Below, piece by piece: positions 29,732 through 41,626 of a DNA stretch of 64,000 bases (positions are counted from its first letter, which is position 1; each line of letters begins with the position of its first letter). The DNA lies in NCBI GenBank assembly GCA_963422205.2, contig CAXMWX010000009.1:64001-128000 (forward strand), given 5' to 3'. The position numbers were made by a program, and so were the translations under genes. Below the pieces are notes generated by a model that was given only the letters and a program-made list of their open reading frames with translations, had not been told where the DNA came from and searched no databases. The stretch is from Gammaproteobacteria bacterium. Its GTDB lineage: Bacteria > Pseudomonadota > Gammaproteobacteria > Eutrophobiales > Eutrophobiaceae.

Positions 29732-31096
29732 TCATTTGCCAATGCAGAAACGTGAGAAAATCTCCCCCAGCAGGTCATCGCCAGCAAACTCGCCGGTGAT
29801 CGTGCCCAGCTGCTGCTGCATCTCACGCAAGTCCTGTGCAAGCAATTCCAGCGCCTGCGTGCCTGCAAACCCGTGCCAGGCTGTCCGTAGCCGGGTTTTT
29901 AGCGTTTGCAGCACGGCCACATGCCGTTGCTGGGCAGCAAAACAGGTATCGCCACCGACATCTTCGCTCACCCGACGGATGATCAACTGCCGCAACAACT
30001 CCAGGCCCTCGCCGGTTTGTGCAGACAGATAAACCCCTGCCTCGGTAACCGCGGCGGCCCTGGCCAGCCGATCGATCTTGTTGAAGACATTAATGCCCTG
30101 GGCTGGTGGTCGATCATTGATCAGCCTTTCAATGCTTGTCTGCGAACCAGCAAGACTGAGGTCGATCACATGCAGGATAATATCGGCCTGCTGTGCTGCG
30201 CTGATCGCCCGCTCGATGCCGGCTGCCTCTATGCTGTCGGCGCTTTGCCTGATGCCAGCGGTGTCGGTAAGGCGAAACGGGATCCCGGCGATTACGATAT
30301 CTTCCTGCAATGTATCTCTCGTGGTGCCCGGCTGGTCTGTCACGATCGCCCGCTCTGCCCCTGACAAGCGATTTAACAGGGTCGACTTGCCTGAGTTAGG
30401 TCGGCCGATGATGGCAATCTGTAGCCCTTGCGTATACAGCCGCCCCTGCCTGGATTGGGCAAGCAGACGGTTGATGGCCGCCTCCAGGCGCTGGATACAC
30501 ACCGGCAACTCACCGGCAACATAAGCGCCGATCTCCTCCTCGGGAAAATCCAGCAGCGACTCAACATAGACACGTGCATCGATCAACCGCTGCAACAAGC
30601 CGTTGATCACTGTTGAAAACTCCCCTTCCAGGGTTGCCAGGGCGTTACGGGCGGCCTGCTCTGAGCGGCTGCTGATCAACTCGGCCACCGCCTCGGCCTG
30701 ATTGATGTCCAGCTTGCCATTTAGCAGGGCGCGCTCGGTAAACTCGCCCGGGTTGGCCTGCCTTGCACCACAGGCGAGTACGCTGTTTAACAACATCGTC
30801 ATCACCACCATGCCGCCATGGCCCTGTAATTCGATCACATCCTCGCCGGTATAAGAAGCAGGGCGGCGAAAATACAGCACGATACCGGTGTCAATAACCG
30901 TGCCGAGGCGGTCCTTGAAGGTGCAGGTCTTTACCTGCCGGGGCGGTGGCAGCTGACCACAGATCTGCTCGGCGATGGCCGTGCTGGCCGGCCCGGAAAT
31001 ACGCACGATGCCAATGCCGCCGGGGCCTGGCGGCGTGGCAATCGCTGCGATGGTGTCGGTTACGGTGCGGGCCTGCTCCATTGCCTGGGTAATCAT
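29732..31096 (-). CDS. mnmE: tRNA modification GTPase MnmE
   Basis: DTIAAIATPPG.GGIGIVRISG, SYTGEDV.E...HGG, GRPNSGKS, GTTRD, DTAGIR, NKID, terminal FCIGK. Confidence 0.98.
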   Translation of the reverse strand: MITQAMEQARTVTDTIAAIATPPGPGGIGIVRISGPASTAIAEQICGQLPPPRQVKTCTFKDRLGTVIDTGIVLYFRRPASYTGEDVIELQGHGGMVVMTMLLNSVLACGARQANPGEFTERALLNGKLDINQAEAVAELISSRSEQAARNALATLEGEFSTVINGLLQRLIDARVYVESLLDFPEEEIGAYVAGELPVCIQRLEAAINRLLAQSRQGRLYTQGLQIAIIGRPNSGKSTLLNRLSGAERAIVTDQPGTTRDTLQEDIVIAGIPFRLTDTAGIRQSADSIEAAGIERAISAAQQADIILHVIDLSLAGSQTSIERLINDRPPAQGINVFNKIDRLARAAAVTEAGVYLSAQTGEGLELLRQLIIRRVSEDVGGDTCFAAQQRHVAVLQTLKTRLRTAWHGFAGTQALELLAQDLREMQQQLGTITGEFAGDDLLGEIFSRFCIGK

Positions 31097-31109
31097 CCGG
31101 GCATGGTGA

Positions 31110-32774
31110 CTATGTGTTACTCCCCGTGCCTGTGCCAGCCACCTCCAGGCGGCGCGTGATCTGCCATTGCTGGGCGATGGAGAGGATGTTGTTCACTACC
31201 CAGTACAACACCAGCCCGGAAGGGAAAAAACCGAAGAAAATGGTGAAGGCGAAGGGCATGATCGCCAGCACTTTCTGCTGAATGGGATCCATGGGCGTGG
31301 GGTTGAGCCGCTGCTGTATCAACATGGTAACGCCCATCACTATCGGCAGCACCCAGTACGGGTCGGGGCTGGATAAGTCGTTGAGCCAGAGGATAAAATC
31401 CGCCTGGCGTAATTCCACGCTCTCCAGCAACACCCAGTACAGGGCAATAAAAACGGGGATCTGCACCAGAATAGGCAGGCAGCCGCCAAAGGGGTTGATC
31501 TTCTCTTCCTTGTACAGCCTCATCATGGCCTGGTTCATGCCGTTGCGATCCTCTTTGTAACGCTCCTTCATCGCCATCAGGCGGGGCTGCAGGCGGCGCA
31601 TGTTCGCCATGGAGCGATAGCCTGCCGCCGACAGCGGAAAGAAGACGATCTTCAGCAACACGGTGACTAAAATAATAGCCCAGCCCCAGTTGCCCGTCAG
31701 CTCATGAAACTGCTGCAGGCACCAGAACAGCGGCTTGGCAAGAAAGAACAACACGCCGTAATCCACGGTCAACTCCAGGCTTTCACCGGCCTCAGCCAGT
31801 TGATGCTGTAGCTTCGGCCCGACATAGATGCGGCTGCTGAGGCGTCCCTGTGACTGCGGCGCCACCTCCCACGGCGGGGACAACGTCCTGACCAGATAGC
31901 GATCATTACCGAGCGCCTTGCTGGAGAACTGATAGGCGACATCGGTCACTGTCGGCACGATGGCCGAGACAAAATAATGCTGGATCATGGCCGCCCAGCC
32001 ATGTTTGATACTTATCGCCAGCTCGCTTTCCTCAAGCTCATCAAAGTCTATTTTTCTGTAGCGATCTTCCGGGCTGGAGATGACCGCACCGGTGTAGGTG
32101 TAGATGAGCTTGTGACCGGCACCGGAGGTATCCCTTTTTATCTGTGCATAGGTGCTGGCCTGCCACGGCTCTGTGGTCGGGTTATCGATCAGATAATCGA
32201 TGGCTATCTGGTAACTGCCACGTTTCAGCCTGAATACCTTGGTGATAGCAACACCGCTCGCCGCCATCCAGGTGAGTGGTATGTCAATCTGCTCAGTATC
32301 GCCCAGGCGGTAATCACGCTGTGTGCTGGCATAGCGCTGCTGGTGATTCGGCGCCTGCTCACCCAGCAGGCCGGTCTGTATCACATGCAGCAACTCATCG
32401 CTGTTATCCAGGAAGATCACCGGCTGCTGCGGTTGTTTGACACTGACAGGATAGTCCAGTAACGCCGCATATTCTATCGCCCCGCCCAGCGTATTGATCC
32501 TCAGATGCAAGACATCGGTATAGACATTGACATAGTCAGCCGACTGCTCCCCTGGCGGTTTATCCGCGGTGCTGATCTGCCTCGTTGGCAGAGTGGCTGA
32601 AGGTGCTGTCGGCAACTCGGCCAGATCCGAGCTGGTCACGGTGGGTGCAGATTCACTATCGGCAGCGGGTAGTGGGGTTGTCCTGGCCGTGCCATAGTCC
32701 CGCTGCCAGGCATCGTACAGCAGCATGGAGACCAGCACCAGGGACATGACTAGCAGGAAGCGAACGGTATCCAT
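31110..32774 (-). CDS. yidC: membrane protein insertase YidC
   Basis: QHYF, VDYG, GNWGWAII, INPFGGCLP..VQIPVF.ALY, FPSGLVLYW.VNN. Confidence 0.98.
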   Translation of the reverse strand: MDTVRFLLVMSLVLVSMLLYDAWQRDYGTARTTPLPAADSESAPTVTSSDLAELPTAPSATLPTRQISTADKPPGEQSADYVNVYTDVLHLRINTLGGAIEYAALLDYPVSVKQPQQPVIFLDNSDELLHVIQTGLLGEQAPNHQQRYASTQRDYRLGDTEQIDIPLTWMAASGVAITKVFRLKRGSYQIAIDYLIDNPTTEPWQASTYAQIKRDTSGAGHKLIYTYTGAVISSPEDRYRKIDFDELEESELAISIKHGWAAMIQHYFVSAIVPTVTDVAYQFSSKALGNDRYLVRTLSPPWEVAPQSQGRLSSRIYVGPKLQHQLAEAGESLELTVDYGVLFFLAKPLFWCLQQFHELTGNWGWAIILVTVLLKIVFFPLSAAGYRSMANMRRLQPRLMAMKERYKEDRNGMNQAMMRLYKEEKINPFGGCLPILVQIPVFIALYWVLLESVELRQADFILWLNDLSSPDPYWVLPIVMGVTMLIQQRLNPTPMDPIQQKVLAIMPFAFTIFFGFFPSGLVLYWVVNNILSIAQQWQITRRLEVAGTGTGSNT

Positions 32775-32786
32775 CGGCTGGTCAGC

Positions 32787-33014
32787 TCAAGGCACCGGGT
32801 CCCAACCCCCGGCACACCAGGGATGGCAACGACACAGCCTTTTTAGCGCCAGATAACCGCCTGTGAGCAGGCCGTGTTTCTCTATCGCCGCCAGCGCATA
32901 GGCCGAGCAAACGGGGTGAAACCGGCACGACTGACCAAGATACGGGCTCAGAGACAGGCGATAGAGCGTGATCAGGGAGATAACTAATTTTTGCACCGCC
33001 GTATTTTTTTCCAA
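32787..33014 (-). CDS. yidD: membrane protein insertion efficiency factor YidD
   Basis: LSPYLGQSCRFHPVCSAYA..AI..HG...G.YL...R..RCHPW..GGWDPVP; start could be TTG 33014 or GTG 32996. Confidence 0.95.
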   Translation of the reverse strand: MEKNTAVQKLVISLITLYRLSLSPYLGQSCRFHPVCSAYALAAIEKHGLLTGGYLALKRLCRCHPWCAGGWDPVP

Positions 33015-33358
33015 TGTTGCAGCAAAGCGCGCCGGATTTTATGGTTATTGATGGTGACGATATTTTTGTGAGAGACAACAACGACATCCAGCCCATTGAG
33101 CAGGTCCTGATGAGAACGAAAGCTCTCACGTATCAGCCGCTTCATCGTGTTTCTCAGCACGGCAAGCCGCAGGGACTTTTTTGATATCACCAAGCCAAGC
33201 CGGGCATACGCCCTGTCGTTGGCTTGGACTACCACCGTGAAATACTTGTCCCTGGAGCGATGGCGGGATGAGAAGACACGCCTGAACTGGGCTGGCCGCG
33301 TTAATCTGTACTGCCGCCCAAGGCCGGCTGAACAACGGCTACCCTGCCAAGCAGCCAC
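32984..33358 (-). CDS. rnpA: ribonuclease P protein component
   Basis: RLTRPAQFRRVF, RLGLVISKK...AV.RN.MKRLIRESFR, LDVVV; GTG at 33358 just after the rpmH stop. Confidence 0.95.
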   Translation of the reverse strand: MAAWQGSRCSAGLGRQYRLTRPAQFRRVFSSRHRSRDKYFTVVVQANDRAYARLGLVISKKSLRLAVLRNTMKRLIRESFRSHQDLLNGLDVVVVSHKNIVTINNHKIRRALLQHWKKIRRCKN

Positions 33359-33365
33359 TTTACGA

Positions 33366-33500
33366 TCAGGCAGAGAGGCGCTTCCGTCCCCTGGCACGAC
33401 GTGCCTTGATGATCCGGCGACCTCCCTTGGTTTGCATACGAGCACGAAAACCATGACAACGTTTTCTCTTCAGTTTGCTCGGTTGATACGTGCGTTTCAT
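33366..33500 (-). CDS. rpmH: 50S ribosomal protein L34 (absent from the ORF track)
   Basis: Manual translation: [44 protein letters not shown]. Confidence 0.98.
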   Translation of the reverse strand: MKRTYQPSKLKRKRCHGFRARMQTKGGRRIIKARRARGRKRLSA

Positions 33501-33586
33501 CAGCTTTCCACGGCTACGTTAAAAAGACCGCCTATCTTACTGATTGCAGCCCGCCCTTGTCAATTTTGCCGCAAGGGCTTTGCTGT

Positions 33587-33595
33587 TGTGGATAA
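33587..33595. promoter_or_regulatory. DnaA box in rpmH-dnaA promoter region
   Basis: TGTGGATAA, the perfect reverse complement of TTATCCACA, about 100 bp upstream of dnaA. Confidence 0.85.
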
Positions 33596-33693
33596 CTTTC
33601 TATAAACACGATATACTGGATGACGATCTGTGTCATCGTATTTAAAAATTTCATTTTTCACCTGACAAACAATTAAGGGCTTAAGGTTGGCAA

Positions 33694-35037
33694 ATGTCTG
33701 TATGGGAATCATGTATAGAGCAACTTGAAGGCGAATTATCACCGCAGCAATTCAATACCTGGATCAGGCCATTACAGGCCATCGAACAACGCAACTCATT
33801 GCAGTTACTGGCACCGAACCGCTTTGTGCTGGACTGGATCAACGAGACATATCGGCAACGTATCGAAGAATTACTGCATGGCCTTGATGGCTACGCCAAT
33901 GCCATCGTCTCTGTCAGTGTCGGCAGCCAGAGTCCAGCAGTTGAATCACCATCGAACAGACACGGCACTGCCGGGGGGGGCGAAAAAACCCGCCCGATGA
34001 GACAGATAGCGAAACACTCCAGCAACCTGAACCCTAACTTCACCTTCGCTGCTTTTGTTGAGGGCAAGTCGAACCAGCTGGCCCGGGCGGCCTCAATACA
34101 GACCGCCGAGAATCCCGGTCTGGCCTACAATCCTCTGTTTATCTATGGCGGTGTGGGTCTCGGCAAAACCCATCTCATGCATGCCATCGGCCATGCCGTG
34201 GAAGCACAGAAAACCGGGGCGAATATCGCTTACCTGCATTCTGAGCGATTCGTTGCTGACATGGTCAAGGCCCTGCAACACAATTCAATCAACGAATTTA
34301 AACGTTATTATCGTTCGCTGGATGTGCTGCTGATAGATGATATTCAGTTTTTTGCCGGGAAAGAGCGCTCCCAGGAAGAGTTTTTTCATACGTTCAATGC
34401 CTTGCTGGAAGGCCAGAACCAAATCGTCTTGACCTGTGATCGCTACCCAAAAGAGGTGAATGGCCTGGAAGAGCGATTGAAATCCCGCTTTGGTTGGGGC
34501 CTGACTGTCGCTACAGAGCCACCGGAGTTAGAGACACGGGTGGCCATCATCAAGGCCAAGGCTGAACAAAACAATACCTTGTTGCCGGATGAGGTGGCTT
34601 TTTTCATTGCCAAACGGTTCCGCTCCAACGTCAGAGAGCTGGAAGGGGCGCTTAATCGTGTTATCGCCAATTCCAATCTCACCGGCCAGCCGATCACGCT
34701 GGCGTTTTGCCAGGCAGCGCTTAGAGACTTGTTATTATTGCAGGACAAACAAACGACCCTGGAGAATATCCAGAAGATTGTCGCTGAATACTATAAGATA
34801 CGAATTGCTGATATTTTATCAAAACGGCGCAGTCGCTCTGTCACCCGGCCACGGCAGGTGGCCATGGCGCTGGCGAAAGAACTGACAGATCACAGCTTGC
34901 CGGAAATTGGTGATGCCTTTGGTGGTCGTGATCATACCACTGTGCTGCATGCCTGTCGTAAAATTGCCGCCCTGCGCCAGGGTGATACCCGGATTGAAGA
35001 GGATTACAAAAATCTGGCGAACATATTAACATCGTGA
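33694..35037 (+). CDS. dnaA: chromosomal replication initiator DnaA
   Basis: [55 protein letters not shown]. Confidence 0.99.
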   Translation: MSVWESCIEQLEGELSPQQFNTWIRPLQAIEQRNSLQLLAPNRFVLDWINETYRQRIEELLHGLDGYANAIVSVSVGSQSPAVESPSNRHGTAGGGEKTRPMRQIAKHSSNLNPNFTFAAFVEGKSNQLARAASIQTAENPGLAYNPLFIYGGVGLGKTHLMHAIGHAVEAQKTGANIAYLHSERFVADMVKALQHNSINEFKRYYRSLDVLLIDDIQFFAGKERSQEEFFHTFNALLEGQNQIVLTCDRYPKEVNGLEERLKSRFGWGLTVATEPPELETRVAIIKAKAEQNNTLLPDEVAFFIAKRFRSNVRELEGALNRVIANSNLTGQPITLAFCQAALRDLLLLQDKQTTLENIQKIVAEYYKIRIADILSKRRSRSVTRPRQVAMALAKELTDHSLPEIGDAFGGRDHTTVLHACRKIAALRQGDTRIEEDYKNLANILTS

Positions 35038-35227
35038 GTGGGTAAGCCTGTGGATAAATGGTATGGCGGGCAGGCCCTGCCAGTTATGCACAATCCAATC
35101 ACAGCCAAGTCCCAGTTAATGCAGCAGAAGGAACATAAAAAAATTAGCCTAACTCTTTGTTTTAATTGAATTTATCAACTTAATACACAAATCAACGACA
35201 CCAAATAATAATCATACAAATATAGAT
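35038..35227. promoter_or_regulatory. probable replication origin (oriC) in the dnaA-dnaN spacer
   Basis: DnaA boxes TGTGGATAA 35049-35057, TTATGCACA 35084-35092 and near-match TAATACACA 35181-35189, with a very AT-rich tract at ~35130-35227. Confidence 0.7.
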
Positions 35228-36328
35228 ATGAAATTTATTATTAAACGAGAGCAGCTTCTTCCTGCTTTGCAATCCGTCAATGCTGTTATAGAAAGGCGGC
35301 AGAATTTGTTTGTTTTGGTCAACCTGTTGTTGCGTGTTGGCGATGGGCAGATCAACCTGGTTGGTACGGATATGGAGGTTGAGCTTAGCGTTGCCGTGCC
35401 GGGCGACTTCCCCGAGGCGGGTGATAGCACATTGCCAGCCCGTAAATTACTGGATATTTGTCGGGCGCTGCCGGAACAGGCAGACATTAACTTCTCTATC
35501 TCTGGTGATCGTGCGGTGATCTCATCAGGCAAAAGCCGCTTCACGCTGGTGACATTGCCGGCGAAAGAATTCCCTCGAATCGAGCCGACAGACAGTGACA
35601 TTGAGCTTAAGCTGGTGCAGTCCGAATTCAAGGCATTGCTGGATAAGACGGCTTTTGCCATGGCACAGCAAGATGTGCGTTATTATCTGAATGGCATGTT
35701 GCTGGAAGTGGAATACGGCAGGTTACGGGCTGTCGCCACAGATGGGCATCGTCTGGCAATGGCCGAGATGCAGGCAGCGATTGACGTGCCTGCTGCACGG
35801 CAGCTTATCGTGCCACGCAAAGGGGTGCTGGAATTAAGCCGTTTGCTGACGGCCTCTGATGCTGAGGCCTGTGTTTCTCTGAGCCAGAATCACATACGTA
35901 TCACACTTGAGAATCAGGTCTTTACCAGCAAGTTGATTGACGGCAAGTTCCCGGATTACAAGCGTGTTATTCCTGAGCAAAGTACCACGCCAGTGGTGGC
36001 GGATCGTGAATTGTTGCGGCAAAGCCTGACGCGGGCCTCGATCCTGTCGAATGAGAAGTATCACGGAGTCCGTATTGAGCTGGCCAAGGATAAACTCATG
36101 GCCCTGGCGCACAATCCTGAGCAGGAGGAGGCCGAAGAAGAGATGCAGGTTGACTATAGTGGGCCGGAGTTGGATATCGGTTTTAATGTCTCTTATCTGC
36201 TTGATGCCATTAGCATTATCAAAGGGGATAAGATTGTGCTGGGCATTCCTGATCCGAATAGCAGTTGTTTATTGTTGGCGGAAAATGATGACAGTTGCCG
36301 GTATGTCGTCATGCCGATGCGTTTATAG
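35228..36328 (+). CDS. dnaN: DNA polymerase III beta clamp
   Basis: GTDMEVE, QDVRYYLNG, VATDGHRLA, SKLIDGKFPDY, terminal YVVMPMRL. Confidence 0.99.
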   Translation: MKFIIKREQLLPALQSVNAVIERRQNLFVLVNLLLRVGDGQINLVGTDMEVELSVAVPGDFPEAGDSTLPARKLLDICRALPEQADINFSISGDRAVISSGKSRFTLVTLPAKEFPRIEPTDSDIELKLVQSEFKALLDKTAFAMAQQDVRYYLNGMLLEVEYGRLRAVATDGHRLAMAEMQAAIDVPAARQLIVPRKGVLELSRLLTASDAEACVSLSQNHIRITLENQVFTSKLIDGKFPDYKRVIPEQSTTPVVADRELLRQSLTRASILSNEKYHGVRIELAKDKLMALAHNPEQEEAEEEMQVDYSGPELDIGFNVSYLLDAISIIKGDKIVLGIPDPNSSCLLLAENDDSCRYVVMPMRL

Positions 36329-36334
36329 GTCTGC

Positions 36335-37399
36335 ATGCATCTTGAATGGTTGCGGATCAAGTCTGTTCGCAATTTACTGGATGTTCAACTGCAGCTAAAC
36401 CCCGATGTTAATGTATTCTCTGGCAACAATGGCAGTGGTAAAACGGCCTTGCTGGAGGCGATTCACTGCTTGAGCCGTTGCCGTTCGTTTCGTACCCCGC
36501 GCATTAATCATGTGGTTAATCATCAGCAAAAGACCCTGCAAATCAGTGCTGGTTTGCAACACCCTGAATATGGCTGCCTTACCACCGGTATTGAGCGTGG
36601 TTCGGGCAAAATAGCCATTCGTTTTAATCATCAGAATGTTGCAAAAGTCTCATCACAGGCCGCCGAGATTCCGGTCATCCCGGTAACGCCAGATAGCCAT
36701 GAGTTGGTCACTGGCTCACCGGCTCACCGGCGGAAATGGCTGGATTGGGCGATGTTTCACGTGGAACATGGCTACATTGAGCATTGGCGCAATTATCACA
36801 AGGCCCTGAAACAGCGTAATTATCTATTGCAACATGGCATGGAGGAAGAGCTTGATGTGTGGGAAAGACAGCTTGCTAAGGCGGCTATCAGGATAAATAC
36901 CGCCAGAGAAAAGTATTTACAGACGTTGTTGCAGCAGCTTGAATCAGTCGCTGGTCAATTAGCCGTCGACTGCCCTCAACTGCTCTATCGGCCGGGCTGG
37001 CCGGATAGCAGGTCCCTGGCGGCGTGTTTGAAGGAAAGTCGTCAGCAGGATGTCAAGATGGCGAGAACACGATACGGTGTGCATCGCAGTGAGCTGGCTA
37101 TCAGCGTCAATGGCGGGTTGATTGCCCATTCCTACTCAAGAGGGCAGATTAAATTACTGATAAACGCCCTATCCTGGTCACAGGCATTGGTTATCCACAA
37201 ACACACAGGAAAATACCCCATTTTGCTGGCGGACGATTTTCTCGCTGAACTGGATAAATCGGCCAAACAGCGCATCACAGAAGTCTATGGCGGGTATCCG
37301 GGCCAGGTCTTCATGACCACCACAAACGACCCCTTCGTTACTGATTTATTTAAAGAAAAATTGTTTCACGTGAAACATGGCGAGGTCAATCCATGGTAA
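36335..37399 (+). CDS. recF: DNA replication/repair protein RecF
   Basis: GNNGSGKT.LLEAI, RSFR, G.P..RRKWLD, LKQRN, GVHR, SRGQ, LADD..AELD. Confidence 0.97.
   Translation: MHLEWLRIKSVRNLLDVQLQLNPDVNVFSGNNGSGKTALLEAIHCLSRCRSFRTPRINHVVNHQQKTLQISAGLQHPEYGCLTTGIERGSGKIAIRFNHQNVAKVSSQAAEIPVIPVTPDSHELVTGSPAHRRKWLDWAMFHVEHGYIEHWRNYHKALKQRNYLLQHGMEEELDVWERQLAKAAIRINTAREKYLQTLLQQLESVAGQLAVDCPQLLYRPGWPDSRSLAACLKESRQQDVKMARTRYGVHRSELAISVNGGLIAHSYSRGQIKLLINALSWSQALVIHKHTGKYPILLADDFLAELDKSAKQRITEVYGGYPGQVFMTTTNDPFVTDLFKEKLFHVKHGEVNPW
36753..36768. promoter_or_regulatory. parS centromere-like site inside recF
   Basis: TGTTTCACGTGGAACA matches the widespread parS consensus TGTTNCACGTGNAACA. Confidence 0.88.
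37362..37377. promoter_or_regulatory. parS centromere-like site inside recF
   Basis: Perfect 16-bp palindrome TGTTTCACGTGAAACA. Confidence 0.92.
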
Positions 37400-39832
<2,433 letters not shown>

Positions 39833-39846
39833 CCACCGCCTGCCGG

Positions 39847-40551
39847 CTATCGGCTACCGGCCCTGGCCAGCGCCCACACAACCACCCGTTGCACTCCCGC
39901 CTGTTTTAACAAATGCGCCAACTCATTGCAGGTCGCCCCGGTCGTGACGACATCATCAATGATGGCGACATGCTGGTAATTGACCGCAGCGTTGAGCCGA
40001 AATGCCTTGCTGATATTGGCCTTGCGTTGTGTCGGCCCGAGCCTCGCCTGTTCCTGTGTGTGACGAGTGCGACTTATCATCTGATCAATACACGGCAGAT
40101 CAAGCCGCCGGCTTAATTCTCTGGCGATGAGTCCGGCCTGGTTGTAGCCGCGCCAGCCCAGGCGGCGCACATGCAGTGGTACAGGAACAAGACAATCCGG
40201 CAGCCCTGATAAATTGGCCAGCCGCCGCGACAGTGGCAGCATAAGGCTGGCCAGCAAGTGCAGTTGACCGCGGTATTTCATTGCCTGGATCAGGCGGTCA
40301 ACCGGGTAGCTGTATTGCAACCCGGCAACACAGTGATCATAAACAGGCGGGCGCTTCAGGCAGTCGGGACACACGGCAGTGCAGGGCAGGCTGATCCCGC
40401 AATGGGAACAACACGGCTCAATGACCGGCAGCCGGGCGGTGCAGGCCGCACAAAGTGCCGCCTCTGCCACCGGTTCACTGCATAGCGCACAAACCTGTGG
40501 CAGCAGGGTGATGAGTAACTGTTTAAGTTTAAAGTAGTAGTCAACCACCAC
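39847..40551 (-). CDS. comF: ComF family protein (zinc ribbon plus PRTase)
   Basis: CxxC pairs, VPVPLH..RL..RGYNQA, IIDDVVTTGAT; divergent from bioB; start approximate (GTG 40551 or 40548). Confidence 0.9.
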   Translation of the reverse strand: MVVDYYFKLKQLLITLLPQVCALCSEPVAEAALCAACTARLPVIEPCCSHCGISLPCTAVCPDCLKRPPVYDHCVAGLQYSYPVDRLIQAMKYRGQLHLLASLMLPLSRRLANLSGLPDCLVPVPLHVRRLGWRGYNQAGLIARELSRRLDLPCIDQMISRTRHTQEQARLGPTQRKANISKAFRLNAAVNYQHVAIIDDVVTTGATCNELAHLLKQAGVQRVVVWALARAGSR

Positions 40552-40568
40552 GCCCCTCCAGGTTGACA
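40539..40568. promoter_or_regulatory. BirA (biotin repressor) operator
   Basis: aGTCAACC-N14-GGTTGACa inverted repeat 53 bp upstream of bioB, fitting the proteobacterial BirA box TGT(A/C)AACC-N14/15-GGTT(T/G)ACA. Confidence 0.82.
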
Positions 40569-40621
40569 AATATCCCGTGCTGCCTAAGATGCCTTGACGC
40601 TCTTCTAAAGGATACCTGTCC

Positions 40622-41620
40622 ATGCCGCCGGTTCATAAAATTAATGCCATTGAACAAAACGCCCGTCCGCCGCCCCGTCATGACTGGCGACTTGATGAGG
40701 TTATCGCCTTGTACGGGCAGCCGTTTAATGATCTGCTGCATCAGGCACACGGTGTTCACCGGCAATGCTTCGATCCTAACGAGGTGCAGTTAAGCACGCT
40801 GCTGAACATAAAAAGCGGCGGTTGCCCGGAAGACTGTGCCTACTGCCCGCAAAGCGCCCGTTATGATACCGGACTGAAGGCAGAGGGCTTGATGTCTTAT
40901 GAGCAGGTCATGTGCGCTGCCGAGGCGGCGGCGGCCAGTGGCGCCGGGCGTTTTTGTATGGGTGCGGCCTGGCGCTGCCCGAAAGATAAAGACCTGAAGC
41001 AGGTGGAGGAGATGGTGCGTGGTGTCAAATCCTTGGGGCTTGAAACCTGCCTCACGCTGGGCATGTTGACAGGGCAGCAGGCAGAGCAACTGGCCGCCGC
41101 CGGGCTGGACTACTACAACCACAACCTTGACACCTCGCCTGAGTATTATGAGAAAATTATCACCACCCGCCGCTATTCTGATCGCCTGCAAACCCTGCAA
41201 CATGTGCGTGATGCCGGGATCAAGGTCTGCTGCGGTGGCATTTTAGGGCTGGGCGAATCAACGCAAGATCGTGCCCGCCTGCTGCAAACCCTGGCCAACC
41301 TGCCAGAGCATCCCGAAAGCCTGCCGATCAATCTGTTTGTCAAGGTGGCGGGTACGCCATTGGCAAAAGACAGCAATTTTGATGAGTTTGATCTGGTCAG
41401 GACGGTTGCCATTGCCCGCATTCTCATGCCGACTGCCCGGCTGCGGCTCTCTGCCGGACGGGCAGAGATGACCGACAGCCTGCAAGCCCTGTGTTTTCAT
41501 GCCGGCGCCAACTCGGTCTTCTACGGGGAGAGACTGCTGACTACCGAAAACCCGGCGTATGGCAGGGATGAGGCATTGTTTGCCCGGCTGGGGATGCGCT
41601 CGAACACGGCAACGGCCTAG
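40622..41620 (+). CDS. bioB: biotin synthase
   Basis: [13 protein letters not shown] radical SAM motif, [27 protein letters not shown]. Confidence 0.98.
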   Translation: MPPVHKINAIEQNARPPPRHDWRLDEVIALYGQPFNDLLHQAHGVHRQCFDPNEVQLSTLLNIKSGGCPEDCAYCPQSARYDTGLKAEGLMSYEQVMCAAEAAAASGAGRFCMGAAWRCPKDKDLKQVEEMVRGVKSLGLETCLTLGMLTGQQAEQLAAAGLDYYNHNLDTSPEYYEKIITTRRYSDRLQTLQHVRDAGIKVCCGGILGLGESTQDRARLLQTLANLPEHPESLPINLFVKVAGTPLAKDSNFDEFDLVRTVAIARILMPTARLRLSAGRAEMTDSLQALCFHAGANSVFYGERLLTTENPAYGRDEALFARLGMRSNTATA

Positions 41621-41626
41621 CCGCAA

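Noticed and set aside
33359-33454. N-terminal extension of the rnpA ORF in the track
   Set aside because: It is an alternative frame of rpmH; rnpA more plausibly starts at GTG 33358.
33973-33980. G8 run in dnaA as a phase-variable tract
   Set aside because: The frame is intact, the run is in the variable linker, and the gene is essential.
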